A stretch of 64,000 nt of DNA. It comes from Candidatus Poribacteria bacterium. GTDB lineage: Bacteria; Poribacteria; WGA-4E; PCPOR2b. The first letter of the stretch is position 1. Each line of letters opens with the position of its first letter. The stretch spans positions 160,001 through 224,000 of the forward strand of contig OZ240245.1 in assembly GCA_965198175.1 (NCBI GenBank), read 5' to 3'. Below the pieces are notes generated by a model. It was not told where the DNA came from. It saw only the letters and a program-made list of their open reading frames with translations, and did not search any database. Shown here one piece after another: positions 18,780-29,421 of the stretch. A program made the translations under genes and the position numbers.

Positions 18780-20126
18780 TCACATCTCACGCGTGATAAA
18801 ACTGCCGCACTTATTACGGATACGTACGCGCCGGATACTGCGTGCATCTGCATCAGAAATCACAATGATTAAATCATCCGTTTCAATCTCATCGCCCGGT
18901 CTGGGAATTGTACTTGTCTGCTCAAGGATAAAACCTGCAATTGTCTCGTAATCCCCTAATGGAATCGGAGCGCCAAACTGATCATGTAAGATACTCACTT
19001 CCGCCCTTCCTTCACATTCAAGAATGCGCGGACTGACCAGACGGATATGCGCGCCTTCATCAAGTTCATACGAGAATTCCCCAACAATCTCCTCAACCAA
19101 ATCCTCGACTGTCACCAATCCGACAACGCCGCCGTACTCATCAACGACAAATACCATCGTGTGCCGGCTGCGCTGAACCTCTTTTAGAAGTACACTGGTA
19201 TTTTTCGATTCGGGGACAACGTGTAAATCCGTGCGGATAAAACGCTGTATGGTACGCGCATCACCGTTAGCGTAGATGACGTCGAGCAGATGAACAATTC
19301 CAACGATATTATAAATTTGCCCTTCGTAAACCGGAATGCGAGAGAATCCGGAATCCGATGCAGTCCGCAGGAACGTCTCAATATCTGTATTCTTCTTGAC
19401 TGCAACAATATCGACGAGAGGAACCATTACCTGCTCAATGGTCTGGCTCTGCAAGTCGAGAACGCTATGAATCATTCGGCGTTGATCCCTCAGAAGTTCA
19501 CCTGACTGTTCTCCCATTGTTGCCAATAGACGTAATTCATCGCGCCGGGCATCTGGCGAAGTAGATTCAGTGTTTTTGCCAATAATCTTTACGAGAAAAT
19601 CTGTGAAGTATGTCACAACATTTACGATAAAGCCTAAGATGAACTCGGAGATTCTTAGCGGATAGGCATAGCGTAAGGTAAGCGCATCCGCCTTGACACG
19701 AAAGATGGTTTTGGGGAGAAGCTCACCAAAGATTAGCAAGAGCACTGTTGTGACGCTTGTTGCAACCTGTTTTTGTGTTGTCGCAGACGCCTCTAGCAGC
19801 ACGACCACAAGCAATAACATAAGTTGCGCGGTAACGACGTTCGCCAGATTGGTTCCGACAAGCGTCAGCCCAAGCATCTTTTCAGGTTTTTTGAGGAAAT
19901 CTCCGATAATTTGCGCCCGTTTATTGTCTTCTTCGGCGAGTCGATTCACCTTAATCTTATCAACGGAGACTAATGCCGTTTCAGATCCAGAGTAGAAAGC
20001 AGACAATATTAGGGAAACAATTAGACCGAGGGTGAGGCAGGCAATCCAAATCAGATTGGCTTCTGTGAGTGAGACGAAGGAATCCGGTGAGGGAATCGCA
20101 CCCATTAGAAAACAGCAAAAAATCAA
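18780..20126 (-). CDS. CNNM/HlyC-CorC family membrane protein (DUF21-CBS-CorC); start uncertain
   Basis: SGSETALVS, LIFGELLPK, FSRIPV, VVDEYGG, EDLVEEIVGE. Confidence 0.92.
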   Translation of the reverse strand: MIFCCFLMGAIPSPDSFVSLTEANLIWIACLTLGLIVSLILSAFYSGSETALVSVDKIKVNRLAEEDNKRAQIIGDFLKKPEKMLGLTLVGTNLANVVTAQLMLLLVVVLLEASATTQKQVATSVTTVLLLIFGELLPKTIFRVKADALTLRYAYPLRISEFILGFIVNVVTYFTDFLVKIIGKNTESTSPDARRDELRLLATMGEQSGELLRDQRRMIHSVLDLQSQTIEQVMVPLVDIVAVKKNTDIETFLRTASDSGFSRIPVYEGQIYNIVGIVHLLDVIYANGDARTIQRFIRTDLHVVPESKNTSVLLKEVQRSRHTMVFVVDEYGGVVGLVTVEDLVEEIVGEFSYELDEGAHIRLVSPRILECEGRAEVSILHDQFGAPIPLGDYETIAGFILEQTSTIPRPGDEIETDDLIIVISDADARSIRRVRIRNKCGSFITREM

Positions 20127-20160
20127 TAATATGAGGAATTTTAGACGGGGTACTCTCGTT

Positions 20161-21537
20161 TTATTGTCCTATCGTGACGCCATCCGCACTTTGAGGAAGA
20201 TTCATAATCACGGCACCAATGAGATTTCCTTCCATTGCAGCAACCTCAAATCGGAGCCCGCGCTTGTCAGTCTGAGATTCGCCGACCAATGGAATACGCC
20301 CAAAAAGTCCCAAGACATAGCCACCAATCGTATCTGCAATTCCCTCATCAATTTTCAGGTTAAACTGCTGATTTATCTGTCTTACGCTGACTCGTCCGAA
20401 GACCTCAATCACACCAGAATTATCAGGGTGCATGATGATTTCAGGATGAGCCAGTGATGTATCATGTTCGTCAATGATATCCCCAACGACTTCTTCGATA
20501 ATGTCTTCAATGGTGACGAGACCGGAAATACCGCCATACTCATCTAAAAGAATAGCCATTTTTGTTTTTTCATGCGTGAATTCCGACAGGAGATCGGCAA
20601 TTTTTTTGGTTTCGAGAACAAAGAAAGGGAGATGTACAAGATTCTGTCCAGATTGTGTGCATCTGAAAGTGTGTCGATTGACGAGAAAATCCTCAATTGT
20701 CACGTTTCCAATGTCTGTCTTTCGCCATAAGGGAAGATCTTTGACATGGAAGACGCCAAAGATATTGTCGATTTGCTTGCGGTAGAGCGGAATCCGGGAG
20801 AGACCAACTTCCCTTGCTTTATCTAACACTTCGTGGATTGTGGCGGAGGACTCCATCGCGACCATTTCGGTTCGCGGCACCATAATTTCTTTGGCTTCAA
20901 TCTCACGGAGTTCGAGAATGTTGCCTAGGATTTCACGCTCATCGGCTTTTAACGTCTCCTCTTCATGTGTATTGACGATTGCCTTGAAATCTTCAGCAGT
21001 GATGCGATCCTCTCTGGGAATATGACTTCCGCCAAATAGCGGTATCAAAAGGTTGGTGATACCGCGTAGAACGGTGCGTAAAGGGTAAATTAGCACCGAA
21101 AAGCCCCAAAGTGGACGTGCTGTGATTCTAGAAAACCCTTCTGCGTATTTTATCGCATACGTTTTAGGAGTAATCTCCCCAAAAATCAGAAGCAGTAATG
21201 TAATGAGGATGGTTGCGGTGACAATGACAGGTCCCGATGGGCGTTGGGCGGGCTCAGTAAGCCCTTGACTAAACAGATTGTAAATAAGGGAGGCAGAGAT
21301 TATCGTAAAAGCCGTGTTAATGAAGGTATTCCCAAGCAGGATGGTGATGAACAATCGGCGGGGATTGTCTACGAAATTGACGATTGCAGCGGCGCTTTTT
21401 CTCTTTTCGCTGCGGAGACGTTCAATCTGTACCTTGTTCAGGGCACACAGCGCCGTCTCAGAACCGGAGAAAAAACCAGATAAAAATAGGAGCAGCCCCA
21501 ATCCAATCAAATGGGGCAAAAGCTGGGCAACTTCCAT
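20161..21537 (-). CDS. CNNM/HlyC-CorC family membrane protein (paralog)
   Basis: FFSGSETAL, IFGEITPK, IMVPR, LLDEYGG, EDIIEEVVGDI. Confidence 0.93.
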   Translation of the reverse strand: MEVAQLLPHLIGLGLLLFLSGFFSGSETALCALNKVQIERLRSEKRKSAAAIVNFVDNPRRLFITILLGNTFINTAFTIISASLIYNLFSQGLTEPAQRPSGPVIVTATILITLLLLIFGEITPKTYAIKYAEGFSRITARPLWGFSVLIYPLRTVLRGITNLLIPLFGGSHIPREDRITAEDFKAIVNTHEEETLKADEREILGNILELREIEAKEIMVPRTEMVAMESSATIHEVLDKAREVGLSRIPLYRKQIDNIFGVFHVKDLPLWRKTDIGNVTIEDFLVNRHTFRCTQSGQNLVHLPFFVLETKKIADLLSEFTHEKTKMAILLDEYGGISGLVTIEDIIEEVVGDIIDEHDTSLAHPEIIMHPDNSGVIEVFGRVSVRQINQQFNLKIDEGIADTIGGYVLGLFGRIPLVGESQTDKRGLRFEVAAMEGNLIGAVIMNLPQSADGVTIGQ

Positions 21538-21808
21538 TTTGTTTGGTGTATCCGTAAGCGAGGCGGATATACAATCGGAGCCTCAGTCGGTCGTTGGTAT
21601 GGAACAGCAGTCTGATGATTATAAGCGCTTCTATTCCCCAAAACCTGAAACCTCAACATTGTAGCACATTAAGGAACAGAAAATCAAGGAAACTGATAAC
21701 TCAATCTGAGTTTACTCACAGATTCGATGAATCAGTGGCATTCGGGTTACAATGAACAAATTCAGGGATTATGCTTCTCATTCTACGAATTCCCGAAAGA
21801 GGTAATAG

Positions 21809-22470
21809 ATGACAAAACTGGGACACATGCAGCGGATTGAAGCGTGCGGCGTAATCGCCATTATCCGCACAGATAACGCATCTGAGCTAATTGAGGTTGT
21901 TGACGCTATTAAAACAATATTATCGAAGTCACGATGACCACGCCGAATGCCTTGAGCGTAATCAGCGATGTGGCGGCGAAGTACGGTGATGAAGTGTTGG
22001 TGGGAGTTGGATCGGTGCTTGATGCGGAGACAGCCCGTGCTGCAATGCTAGCAGGCGCAGAATTGGTTGTCAGCCCCGTAACCAAACCGGATATCATCGA
22101 AATGTGCAACCGGTATGGTAAGGTTGTTATGCCCGGCGCATTCACACCCACTGAGATTTTAGAGGCGTGGGAAGCCGGTGCAGACTATGTCAAAGTTTTC
22201 CCGTCAAGCGGTGTTGGCCCGGGCTACATCAAAGACATCAAAGCACCAATGCCACACATTCCGCTTGTTCCAACTGGTGGCGTCAACCTCAATAATGCAG
22301 GAGAATTCATCAAGGCTGGTGCAGTAGCATTAGGAGTTGGCAGCGCACTAGTTAATAATAAGGTTATTGCTGAAGGGCAGCTCAATCTTTTGACAGAACA
22401 AGCAAGGAGATTAGTTGAGGCAGTGCAAGTTGCAAAAAGCGAATCAACAAATGAGCGGGCATCAAGATGA
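21809..22470 (+). pseudogene. eda: KDPG/KHG aldolase, frameshifted near 21915
   Basis: ATG 21809 gives MTKLGHMQRIEACGVIAIIR...VDAIK and then stops; the sequence continues in another frame as NIIEVTMTTP...GVGSVLD...TPTE...VKVFP...VPTGGV; the usual GG-[VI] segment is missing. Confidence 0.8.
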
Positions 22471-22615
22471 AACCTAACCTCTGTCACGTTTCGCAGTTCG
22501 CGTCAATTATCGAACCCGCCTTGATCGTGTTTACGTTTATTTTTCAATAGCACAACCCGCTCAAATACGAAATGCTAAAAGCGCACCAGGCAATCGATCC
22601 TCTGCTAATTAAGGC

Positions 22616-22644
22616 TTGACAGCCTATTGGTCATATGCTACGCT
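22616..22644 (+). promoter_or_regulatory. Predicted sigma70 promoter (TTGACA-N17-TACGCT, TG extension)
   Basis: Upstream of the kinase gene. Confidence 0.5.
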
Positions 22645-22698
22645 TTTTACGCTAGCATACATCCCCGATACTACTAAGCAGCATTAAGGATTATGTAG

Positions 22699-24648
22699 AT
22701 GCAATTAGACGGATTGGTCTTAGGAAAATATTGGATTGAAACGCTGATTAACAGCGGCAGTTTTGCTTCCGTTTTTCGCGCGAAAGAGCAACTCACCAAC
22801 CGCATTGTCGCTATCAAGACATTGTCCAAATCTTCCTATCCCCCGGGGCGGATGCGTTATCTGCTTACCGAGCTGAGCGCGATGGGCTTGAATTGGGGCC
22901 ATCCGAACATCGTTTCAATTCATACGGTTGAACCCGGAGACGACAATTATATTGCCTATATTATCATGGAGCACGTTGATGGACCAAGTTTGCGGGAACT
23001 GATGAATGAAAAGCCGCTCCCGCCCAATCAAGCAATTAGCATTGCATTGGATGTTTGCCGGGGATTGAGTGCAGCGCATGAATGTAACATTATTCACCGA
23101 GACGTTAAACCGCAAAATATCCTCTTGACCTCTGATCTCACAGCGAAGATTTCCGACTTTGGCGTCGCACGCATTCTTGAAACATCGAACGAATATGCAG
23201 GAACCATCACAGGAACACGCAAGTACATGTCGCCTGAGCAGTACGATGGCAATTATGACCATCGGGCAGATCTCTACTCGACAGGGTTAACGTTCTACGA
23301 AATGTTGACCGGCAGATCGCCTTTTCGAGGTGCAGACCATAATGAGATGCAGGCGAAGAAGCGGTCCGCAGCGTTTGACCTTGCTGGCGTTCCTGAAGAT
23401 TTTCACGAAATCTTGCGAAAAGCATTGCATCCCGATGTGAACGGGCGTTATCGAACAGCTGCGGAAATGTACGATGACTTGGATGAAATTCGTAGAAAAT
23501 GGTATGCCGCCGCGACGAGAGGCGCCATAAGCAGTTACTCAAATACAGACATTTTATCTGCGACTTTATCCAAAAACAGAGGGGACTTAAGACTCTCTAC
23601 CGATGCGGCTGAGAAAATCGAATCAGAAATACTATACGAGAGGCGAGTTGAAGCAGAGGGACAGAAACGGATTGAGTGTGAAAATGAGGTGGATAAGCAC
23701 TATGAACTAGCGACTGAGAATCTCTGTTCTGATTCCCCACAGGTTGCCTTGCAGGAGATGCAACAAGCGCATCGCCTATACCTGACGAATGTTGGTGCAA
23801 CGAAGAAAGCAGATGCAATATTTCGCGAGCTGTCGAATCTTATTTCCAACCCCAACCCTCCCACAACAGCAAGGGATTTAATCAACTCCATCAATGGATT
23901 ACCAGCCAACGAGATATTGGAATTGAAGGAGTGGTTTTACAATCAATTCCCGTCCAGTGAGTCAGATGTCTCGTCCTCCCTCGATTCTCAAGTCACAGAT
24001 AATAAGCATCCACTGCCTCTAGGACAGCCCGCTACCCCAGGGCAAAATCCGTCGCCTGAATATATTTTGAAAAGCCTTCATGAGGAGATACGAAACTCTC
24101 ACGAAATCGAGGCGACTGAGATATGTCAATCCGCTGAAGAGTATGCTCGACAGAGAAAAGCGAGACGATCTCGATCAGAATATAAAAGACTCGGCGAATT
24201 TTATCGAAAACAAGCCGATCAGTTTATCGCATCAGAGGCTTGGGGATTAGCCTCCGAATGTTATGCACGTTCTCGACTCGCCTACATCGCAGCTCGACGC
24301 TTTGGTAATGCGAAACAAAGCGCCGGAGATGCCGGCATACACTATGCTACGTCAGCCGCGCTACTTGAAAGAGGACAAAGTTGGGCTGAAGCCGGCAGAT
24401 TGTATGTACTTTCGGCGGAACAATATGAATACACGGAGCAATCGGAACCGGCTGATGAGAGCCGCATGCGAGCAACAATCTGCTATTTCAACGTCGCTGA
24501 GGATGCACGTGCGGCTGGAAAGCTGAAACAGGCTTACGACTTTTGTGAAAAAACCTTGATGATTGAAAAAGAGATGCGCAGACCTTCTAAAGCGGCAACC
24601 GGCGCACGAAAACTAATCAACGAGATTGAGGGGCTTTTTTCGCGGTAA
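22699..24648 (+). CDS. Hanks-type Ser/Thr protein kinase with C-terminal helical-repeat domain
   Basis: VAIK, HRDVKPQN, DFG, YMSPEQ, DLYSTG; no transmembrane segment; TPR/SNAP-like C-terminus. Confidence 0.93.
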   Translation: MQLDGLVLGKYWIETLINSGSFASVFRAKEQLTNRIVAIKTLSKSSYPPGRMRYLLTELSAMGLNWGHPNIVSIHTVEPGDDNYIAYIIMEHVDGPSLRELMNEKPLPPNQAISIALDVCRGLSAAHECNIIHRDVKPQNILLTSDLTAKISDFGVARILETSNEYAGTITGTRKYMSPEQYDGNYDHRADLYSTGLTFYEMLTGRSPFRGADHNEMQAKKRSAAFDLAGVPEDFHEILRKALHPDVNGRYRTAAEMYDDLDEIRRKWYAAATRGAISSYSNTDILSATLSKNRGDLRLSTDAAEKIESEILYERRVEAEGQKRIECENEVDKHYELATENLCSDSPQVALQEMQQAHRLYLTNVGATKKADAIFRELSNLISNPNPPTTARDLINSINGLPANEILELKEWFYNQFPSSESDVSSSLDSQVTDNKHPLPLGQPATPGQNPSPEYILKSLHEEIRNSHEIEATEICQSAEEYARQRKARRSRSEYKRLGEFYRKQADQFIASEAWGLASECYARSRLAYIAARRFGNAKQSAGDAGIHYATSAALLERGQSWAEAGRLYVLSAEQYEYTEQSEPADESRMRATICYFNVAEDARAAGKLKQAYDFCEKTLMIEKEMRRPSKAATGARKLINEIEGLFSR

Positions 24649-24805
24649 CTTCGCCTATAAATCTGCTCACCGTACCTTGTGAGGAATAAACCATCCTCTA
24701 TGCTCAAATAGAAAGTAAAGTGCTCACAATACTTTTCAATGGGCAGATTTAGAGAGAATATCTATCAATTCTTAACATCATATTGTCAAGAGAGATTGGG
24801 GGAAA

Positions 24806-25624
24806 ATGGGCGCAAATCAGATTAAATCTACTCTACACAAGGGAGAAGTTTTAATCGGAACCTTTGTAATGGAATTTTCGGTGTCTTCAGTCGCAACCCT
24901 ATTGGCAAGCGCCGGCGCGGATTTTATCGTTGTGTGTATGGAACACACGACTTTTACGATAGAAACAGTCGGACGCATCATCAGGGCTGCTAGAGGGTCT
25001 AATCTGCCCAGCATTGTGCGGCCACCGGCTCTTGAGCGGCATTTCATCTCCCGAGCCCTAGACGCAGGCGCTTCAGGGTTGATGGTACCGCGCGTCGAAT
25101 CCCGCAGAGATGTTGAAAATATCACCGCATGGGCAAAATATGCGCCGGAAGGCGATCGAGGCGTCGCATTCGGCATCGCGCATACCGATTATGGAGATTT
25201 TCGCAAGTTAGATGGTGTCAATTACACAAAGCAGGCAAATGAGGAGATATTGATTGTCGGGCAGATTGAAACCGCCAAAGCGGTCGAAAATATTGATGAA
25301 ATCCTCGCTAGTGGCGGATTAGATGCCATCTTTATCGGACCCTACGATTTATCAACATCATTAGGGATATCGGGACAGCTCGATCATCCATTAGTCGTCG
25401 CCAACATTGAGGAAGTCATTGCCAAAGCGAAAGCCTACGATATTATTCTAGGGAGCTACGTGAACGATTTTGAGAGTGGAAAACGCTGGGCTGATGCGGG
25501 CATTCAATTGATTGCTTGTGGCAACGACGCTTTTCTACTGACCTGCAAATTTGCTGAAGAGCACCAGAAATTCAAAGATTACTCAGGTGGCAATCGGGGA
25601 ATCAACGCACCGGTGAATGGGTGA
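24806..25624 (+). CDS. HpcH/HpaI family class II aldolase
   Basis: CMEH, RALDAGA, QIET, FIGPYDLS. Confidence 0.92.
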   Translation: MGANQIKSTLHKGEVLIGTFVMEFSVSSVATLLASAGADFIVVCMEHTTFTIETVGRIIRAARGSNLPSIVRPPALERHFISRALDAGASGLMVPRVESRRDVENITAWAKYAPEGDRGVAFGIAHTDYGDFRKLDGVNYTKQANEEILIVGQIETAKAVENIDEILASGGLDAIFIGPYDLSTSLGISGQLDHPLVVANIEEVIAKAKAYDIILGSYVNDFESGKRWADAGIQLIACGNDAFLLTCKFAEEHQKFKDYSGGNRGINAPVNG

Positions 25625-25691
25625 ATCGGTGCCCACCTATATTGCACACAAGGTCATGAACCGATAGAGCACATTTGTACGGAGCAAATAC

Positions 25692-25931
25692 ATCACAGCA
25701 TCTGAACTCTTAGCGAAAGTCAAGGCGGGCGAGTCCGTCCCATGCGATACATGTCACGGAGGCATTCCGGCGGATGACATTGGAAGGATCGCTTTTAAGT
25801 TGGGCAAGCTCGCGCCGCGAATGGACAGCGCACGGGTTGGATCGATTGTCTGCGTCCAGTGTCAGCACGATGATCCCAACATGGTGGTTGAACCCCGAGG
25901 ACCGGATATCAAGTTCGTGAGAGGCGATTAA
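25692..25931 (+). CDS. Unannotated 79-aa protein with two CxxC motifs and an apparent ATC start
   Basis: ITASELLAKVKAGESVPCDTCH...VCVQCQ...IKFVRGD*; GGAG SD 7 nt before ATC; in-frame TAG at 25665. Confidence 0.6.
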   Translation: MTASELLAKVKAGESVPCDTCHGGIPADDIGRIAFKLGKLAPRMDSARVGSIVCVQCQHDDPNMVVEPRGPDIKFVRGD

Positions 25932-25943
25932 AGTAGGGTTGAG

Positions 25944-26831
25944 TTAGGGAGCATCTGCACCGAGAAGTCCCTTTTCTATCAACTCAAAAGTGAAAGATCT
26001 GAGCAGGTACATCGGTTCCTGATTTACGGTTACTGGAATCATTTGGCTGTATTGATATTTAACGACGCCAACATTGGGAACGACCCAGTATTTTGCCGGT
26101 TCATATCTGGCAACTTCCAGTTGAGACGGATCAGTCGTAGATTGTTTAACAGCCTTTTCCTCCGACAAACCCACAATCTCCTCTTCAATCAGGTATGCAT
26201 CGTAATCGCCATCGGGAACCGTCACGGGAACATCTTCATCAAGGACACGACGGATTACGTGGGCGGTCGGCTCAGTCACCTTCTCAAGCACAGTCCACGC
26301 TTTGCCTGTCTTCAATGGAAAATCCCAGAGTCGGTACGGGGTAAAGTGTTTCAGATGGAGAACCCTTGAAGGAAGGATAACATCAAATGCGGATTCGATT
26401 TGAGCCTGTGACGTTTTCAGAAAATAGGTCGCAAAGATTGGTTGTACAATCCGTATATTGGACTGAAAAAAGTAGACGGCGTTTGCAGTAAGGTGATCGA
26501 TAGGTTCACGGCTGACGCTGTCAGGGTCTCCGGGAATTCCTATTTCGCTGATAGTCATCTGCCGATGGGTCAATCCTTCAACATCTCGGGTGTTCTCAAT
26601 TCTCAAAGTGAATTCCTGACCGTCATCCACATTTACATAACTCCAAGCAGAGCCGTTGTTGGTGGGAAAATTCACGGCGCGGAGTCCTTCGCTGGAAGGC
26701 GGAGAATCGTCCACGTCATCGTGCGGATCTATCAGCCCTTCCTCGCCACAGCCTAGACTGAATTGCAGCAGGAGACCAACAAGCACCACCCAGCGCATTG
26801 GAACGAGAAGTATAGTCGCATATTTTGTCAT
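25944..26831 (-). CDS. Lipoprotein, hypothetical
   Basis: Lipobox SLGC; FPLKTGKAW, VTVPDG and WVVPNVGVVK beta-rich motifs. Confidence 0.75.
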   Translation of the reverse strand: MTKYATILLVPMRWVVLVGLLLQFSLGCGEEGLIDPHDDVDDSPPSSEGLRAVNFPTNNGSAWSYVNVDDGQEFTLRIENTRDVEGLTHRQMTISEIGIPGDPDSVSREPIDHLTANAVYFFQSNIRIVQPIFATYFLKTSQAQIESAFDVILPSRVLHLKHFTPYRLWDFPLKTGKAWTVLEKVTEPTAHVIRRVLDEDVPVTVPDGDYDAYLIEEEIVGLSEEKAVKQSTTDPSQLEVARYEPAKYWVVPNVGVVKYQYSQMIPVTVNQEPMYLLRSFTFELIEKGLLGADAP

Positions 26832-26891
26832 CTATAAGATTCCCTTCGTTTTAACGAGGCAGATTCCCGACTGCCGCGAGTCAAGAAAAGC

Positions 26892-26921
26892 CTATCGCAC
26901 TCGCTATTCGATCGCTTGATC
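26892..26921 (-). mobile_element. 30-nt structured mini-element, full copy, abutting a REP arm
   Basis: Reverse complement GATCAAGCGATCGAATAGCGAGTGCGATAG. Confidence 0.8.
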
Positions 26922-26937
26922 GATTCGGAGATTGCTC

Positions 26938-29334
26938 CTACTTCAGGATGGTCATTTTCTGCGTATCAACAGAATCGCCCGCCCTTAAGCTGTAGAAATA
27001 GATGCTACTCGCAGCACGCTCACCTGTACTAGTGCGCCCATCCCAATAGGCTGCCTCTCCTTGCTTGATGTACCGTCCTCGCACTTTCACACCGAGATCT
27101 AAGGTACGAACCAACTGACCAGTGATATCGTAGATTTCAATCGAAACAGGTGTATCCTCTGCCAATTCGTAAGGGATCCAAACGTCTGGATTGAAGGGGT
27201 TAGGGTAACTTTGGAGCAAGCGGGTGTGTAGCGGCGGTGCAGCAGTGGTATTCGGCGGAGTAAAGGCGGGTGTGATACCTAGTACATCAATGCTTGGCGT
27301 TCCCATGAGACCGATAGTATTGACTGGAACTACAGCGTAATAATAGCGCGTATTCTGCGGATCGAAACGAGAATCTTCGACATCAATGTCTTGAAATATG
27401 GTCATGTCTTCAAAGCTGGTGTCGGTCGCATTGACGCGCCCGACAATATTGATATCGCCTTCAGAGATACCGTCGCCATTTCGATCCGCGGCAACCAAGA
27501 CTTCTGATGTATCTTGGAACGGCTGCGGGCTATCATTATCCTGTATAGATGTATACCGTTTTCGAACAATGACGACTTCCCGAATATCGGTCAGATCTTG
27601 AAGTGTCCATTGAACTAACACACCACCGTCGCTCGCTTGTGACACAGTGGGAGTAGAAAGCCCGCCAGCGGGTGGACGACCTGCCATATAGTTCACCGAT
27701 CCACCAAAGGATGCTGGAACGAAACGTCCTCGCACAGATTGTCCCCCCGGAATAATGACCTGTTCAACATCTGGACGTACATTGATTAGGATTAACGTAA
27801 TCTTTTCGATCGCCCCCCCAAAATCTTTGAACGTGATTTGGGCTTCTTGGGAACGATGATAGGTCAATGCTTCTCGAACTTCAGTTGTCCCATCCCGCTT
27901 TTCGACGACAAACTTCGCCCCCCAGCCGCGCAATCCGGTGACTTCATGCCGATCTAACTCCCGTTGAATAGCGTCTCGATCTCCCGCAGAAACCTCGTTC
28001 ATATCGATTGGGGCGAGATCTGCACCATTAACCTTTATTGCAAATTCGTCTATGACGCCATCGGGCTCGAAAACGATATAGCGGGCTGAGAAGGGCTCGG
28101 GCATTGACTCCGAATCGAAGTCTATACGCACGGGGTAGTGCTGATGTACATCGCTGGGATGGATAGCAACAGGCGGGAACCGATGACCGTTGAAATAGTG
28201 CTTCCCATCATCCCGATTATGCGTGAAGTAATTCCATTCGGTGAACGTCTTAAATGCTTCAACAAGCGATGTGCCGCGATTCCTGAAGACGCCTTCGAAG
28301 TTGCCATACTCGCGGTACGAGCCTTCGGTGGCGCCACCGTAAAATTGCCTGACTATATCGACGCCGAACCGCTCTGTCATGTAAAATACAAAAATCACAG
28401 ACCCGTATTCATGGTCGCCGACCCGATTTCTGAGGGCGATGTCCGGTTGAAGAAACCAACGGCGCAACTGACCAGAATAGTAGTTGTAAGAGTCAGTCTC
28501 ACCGATCTCGTCAGGGTCCGGAATGTCGTCAAGATCGTCAATCAACCCGCCGTCGTATACCTTTGATTCTGACCATGTCGCTGACGCCTCCATAAACCAT
28601 GTCGGCATCAGCGCGTTGTAAGCATACTGCACACCGTGAAAAAACTCATGTGCGCACGTCGTTTCAATAAACCGAACGGCTTCCGACTTTCCGAAATACA
28701 GGTGCATGCGTGAGTTGATTGCGAACCATGGAGCGGTGGTTACAACTGTCGACAATACACGTCCATAACTGCTGCTGCTTACTGTCACACCGAGTGCACC
28801 GAACGTAAACAGGTATACGTCGTATTTATGATTGCCTCCATTTTGCTTAACCCAAAAGTCATCGAGCGGTGGCTTATAACCCATCAATTCTATCTGGACA
28901 TGAAATGAGCGCTCCAGCGCATCCGCGCAGATATCAACATAATCGGGAACACCGTTCATCGGTTGGAAGTCGTCGGGCGGTGGCGCGTGGCGACCAACCG
29001 TGGTGTAGTGGAGTCGGAAGTGCGGCGTGTCAAACTTTTTGGGGAGATAGACGGATCCAAAGAGGCTTCCGGGCAAACCAGGTCTAAGGAAAATACCCTG
29101 AAATTCCCTTTGATAGATTGCTGGAAGGTGATGCCAATTTGCAGCAAGGATATTTAAGCTGTCGGTGAAGCACTCTTCGAGTTCGGTGGAAGTATAACTC
29201 GTTTTGAGGTTAATGTACTTTCGAGCGTCTCGAATTGCGCTGTACAACTCCGGATCGGGAGGGAGCGCATCAACAGATAACGCCGTAAGTCCAAAAATGC
29301 CGATAATTGATAAAACCAGTAAGCGCAATGTCAT
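26938..29334 (-). CDS. Secreted zinc metalloprotease (HEXXH, MXAN_6640-like) with C-terminal FlgD/T9SS-like sorting domain
   Basis: Signal peptide; AHEFFH...WFMEASA; YPNPFNPDVWIPY...YWDGR. Confidence 0.8.
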   Translation of the reverse strand: MTLRLLVLSIIGIFGLTALSVDALPPDPELYSAIRDARKYINLKTSYTSTELEECFTDSLNILAANWHHLPAIYQREFQGIFLRPGLPGSLFGSVYLPKKFDTPHFRLHYTTVGRHAPPPDDFQPMNGVPDYVDICADALERSFHVQIELMGYKPPLDDFWVKQNGGNHKYDVYLFTFGALGVTVSSSSYGRVLSTVVTTAPWFAINSRMHLYFGKSEAVRFIETTCAHEFFHGVQYAYNALMPTWFMEASATWSESKVYDGGLIDDLDDIPDPDEIGETDSYNYYSGQLRRWFLQPDIALRNRVGDHEYGSVIFVFYMTERFGVDIVRQFYGGATEGSYREYGNFEGVFRNRGTSLVEAFKTFTEWNYFTHNRDDGKHYFNGHRFPPVAIHPSDVHQHYPVRIDFDSESMPEPFSARYIVFEPDGVIDEFAIKVNGADLAPIDMNEVSAGDRDAIQRELDRHEVTGLRGWGAKFVVEKRDGTTEVREALTYHRSQEAQITFKDFGGAIEKITLILINVRPDVEQVIIPGGQSVRGRFVPASFGGSVNYMAGRPPAGGLSTPTVSQASDGGVLVQWTLQDLTDIREVVIVRKRYTSIQDNDSPQPFQDTSEVLVAADRNGDGISEGDINIVGRVNATDTSFEDMTIFQDIDVEDSRFDPQNTRYYYAVVPVNTIGLMGTPSIDVLGITPAFTPPNTTAAPPLHTRLLQSYPNPFNPDVWIPYELAEDTPVSIEIYDITGQLVRTLDLGVKVRGRYIKQGEAAYWDGRTSTGERAASSIYFYSLRAGDSVDTQKMTILK

Positions 29335-29421
29335 CTTGTTCACGCTATCTTCTCTAAGGAAGAATGTTTGTCTAACCAATTCTTGAGCTATTGAAGTTAA
29401 ACTTCAAATAGTTACACAGAC

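Noticed and set aside
25743..25757. CxxCH (CDTCH) as a c-type heme site
   Set aside because: No signal peptide, and a second CxxC favours zinc binding
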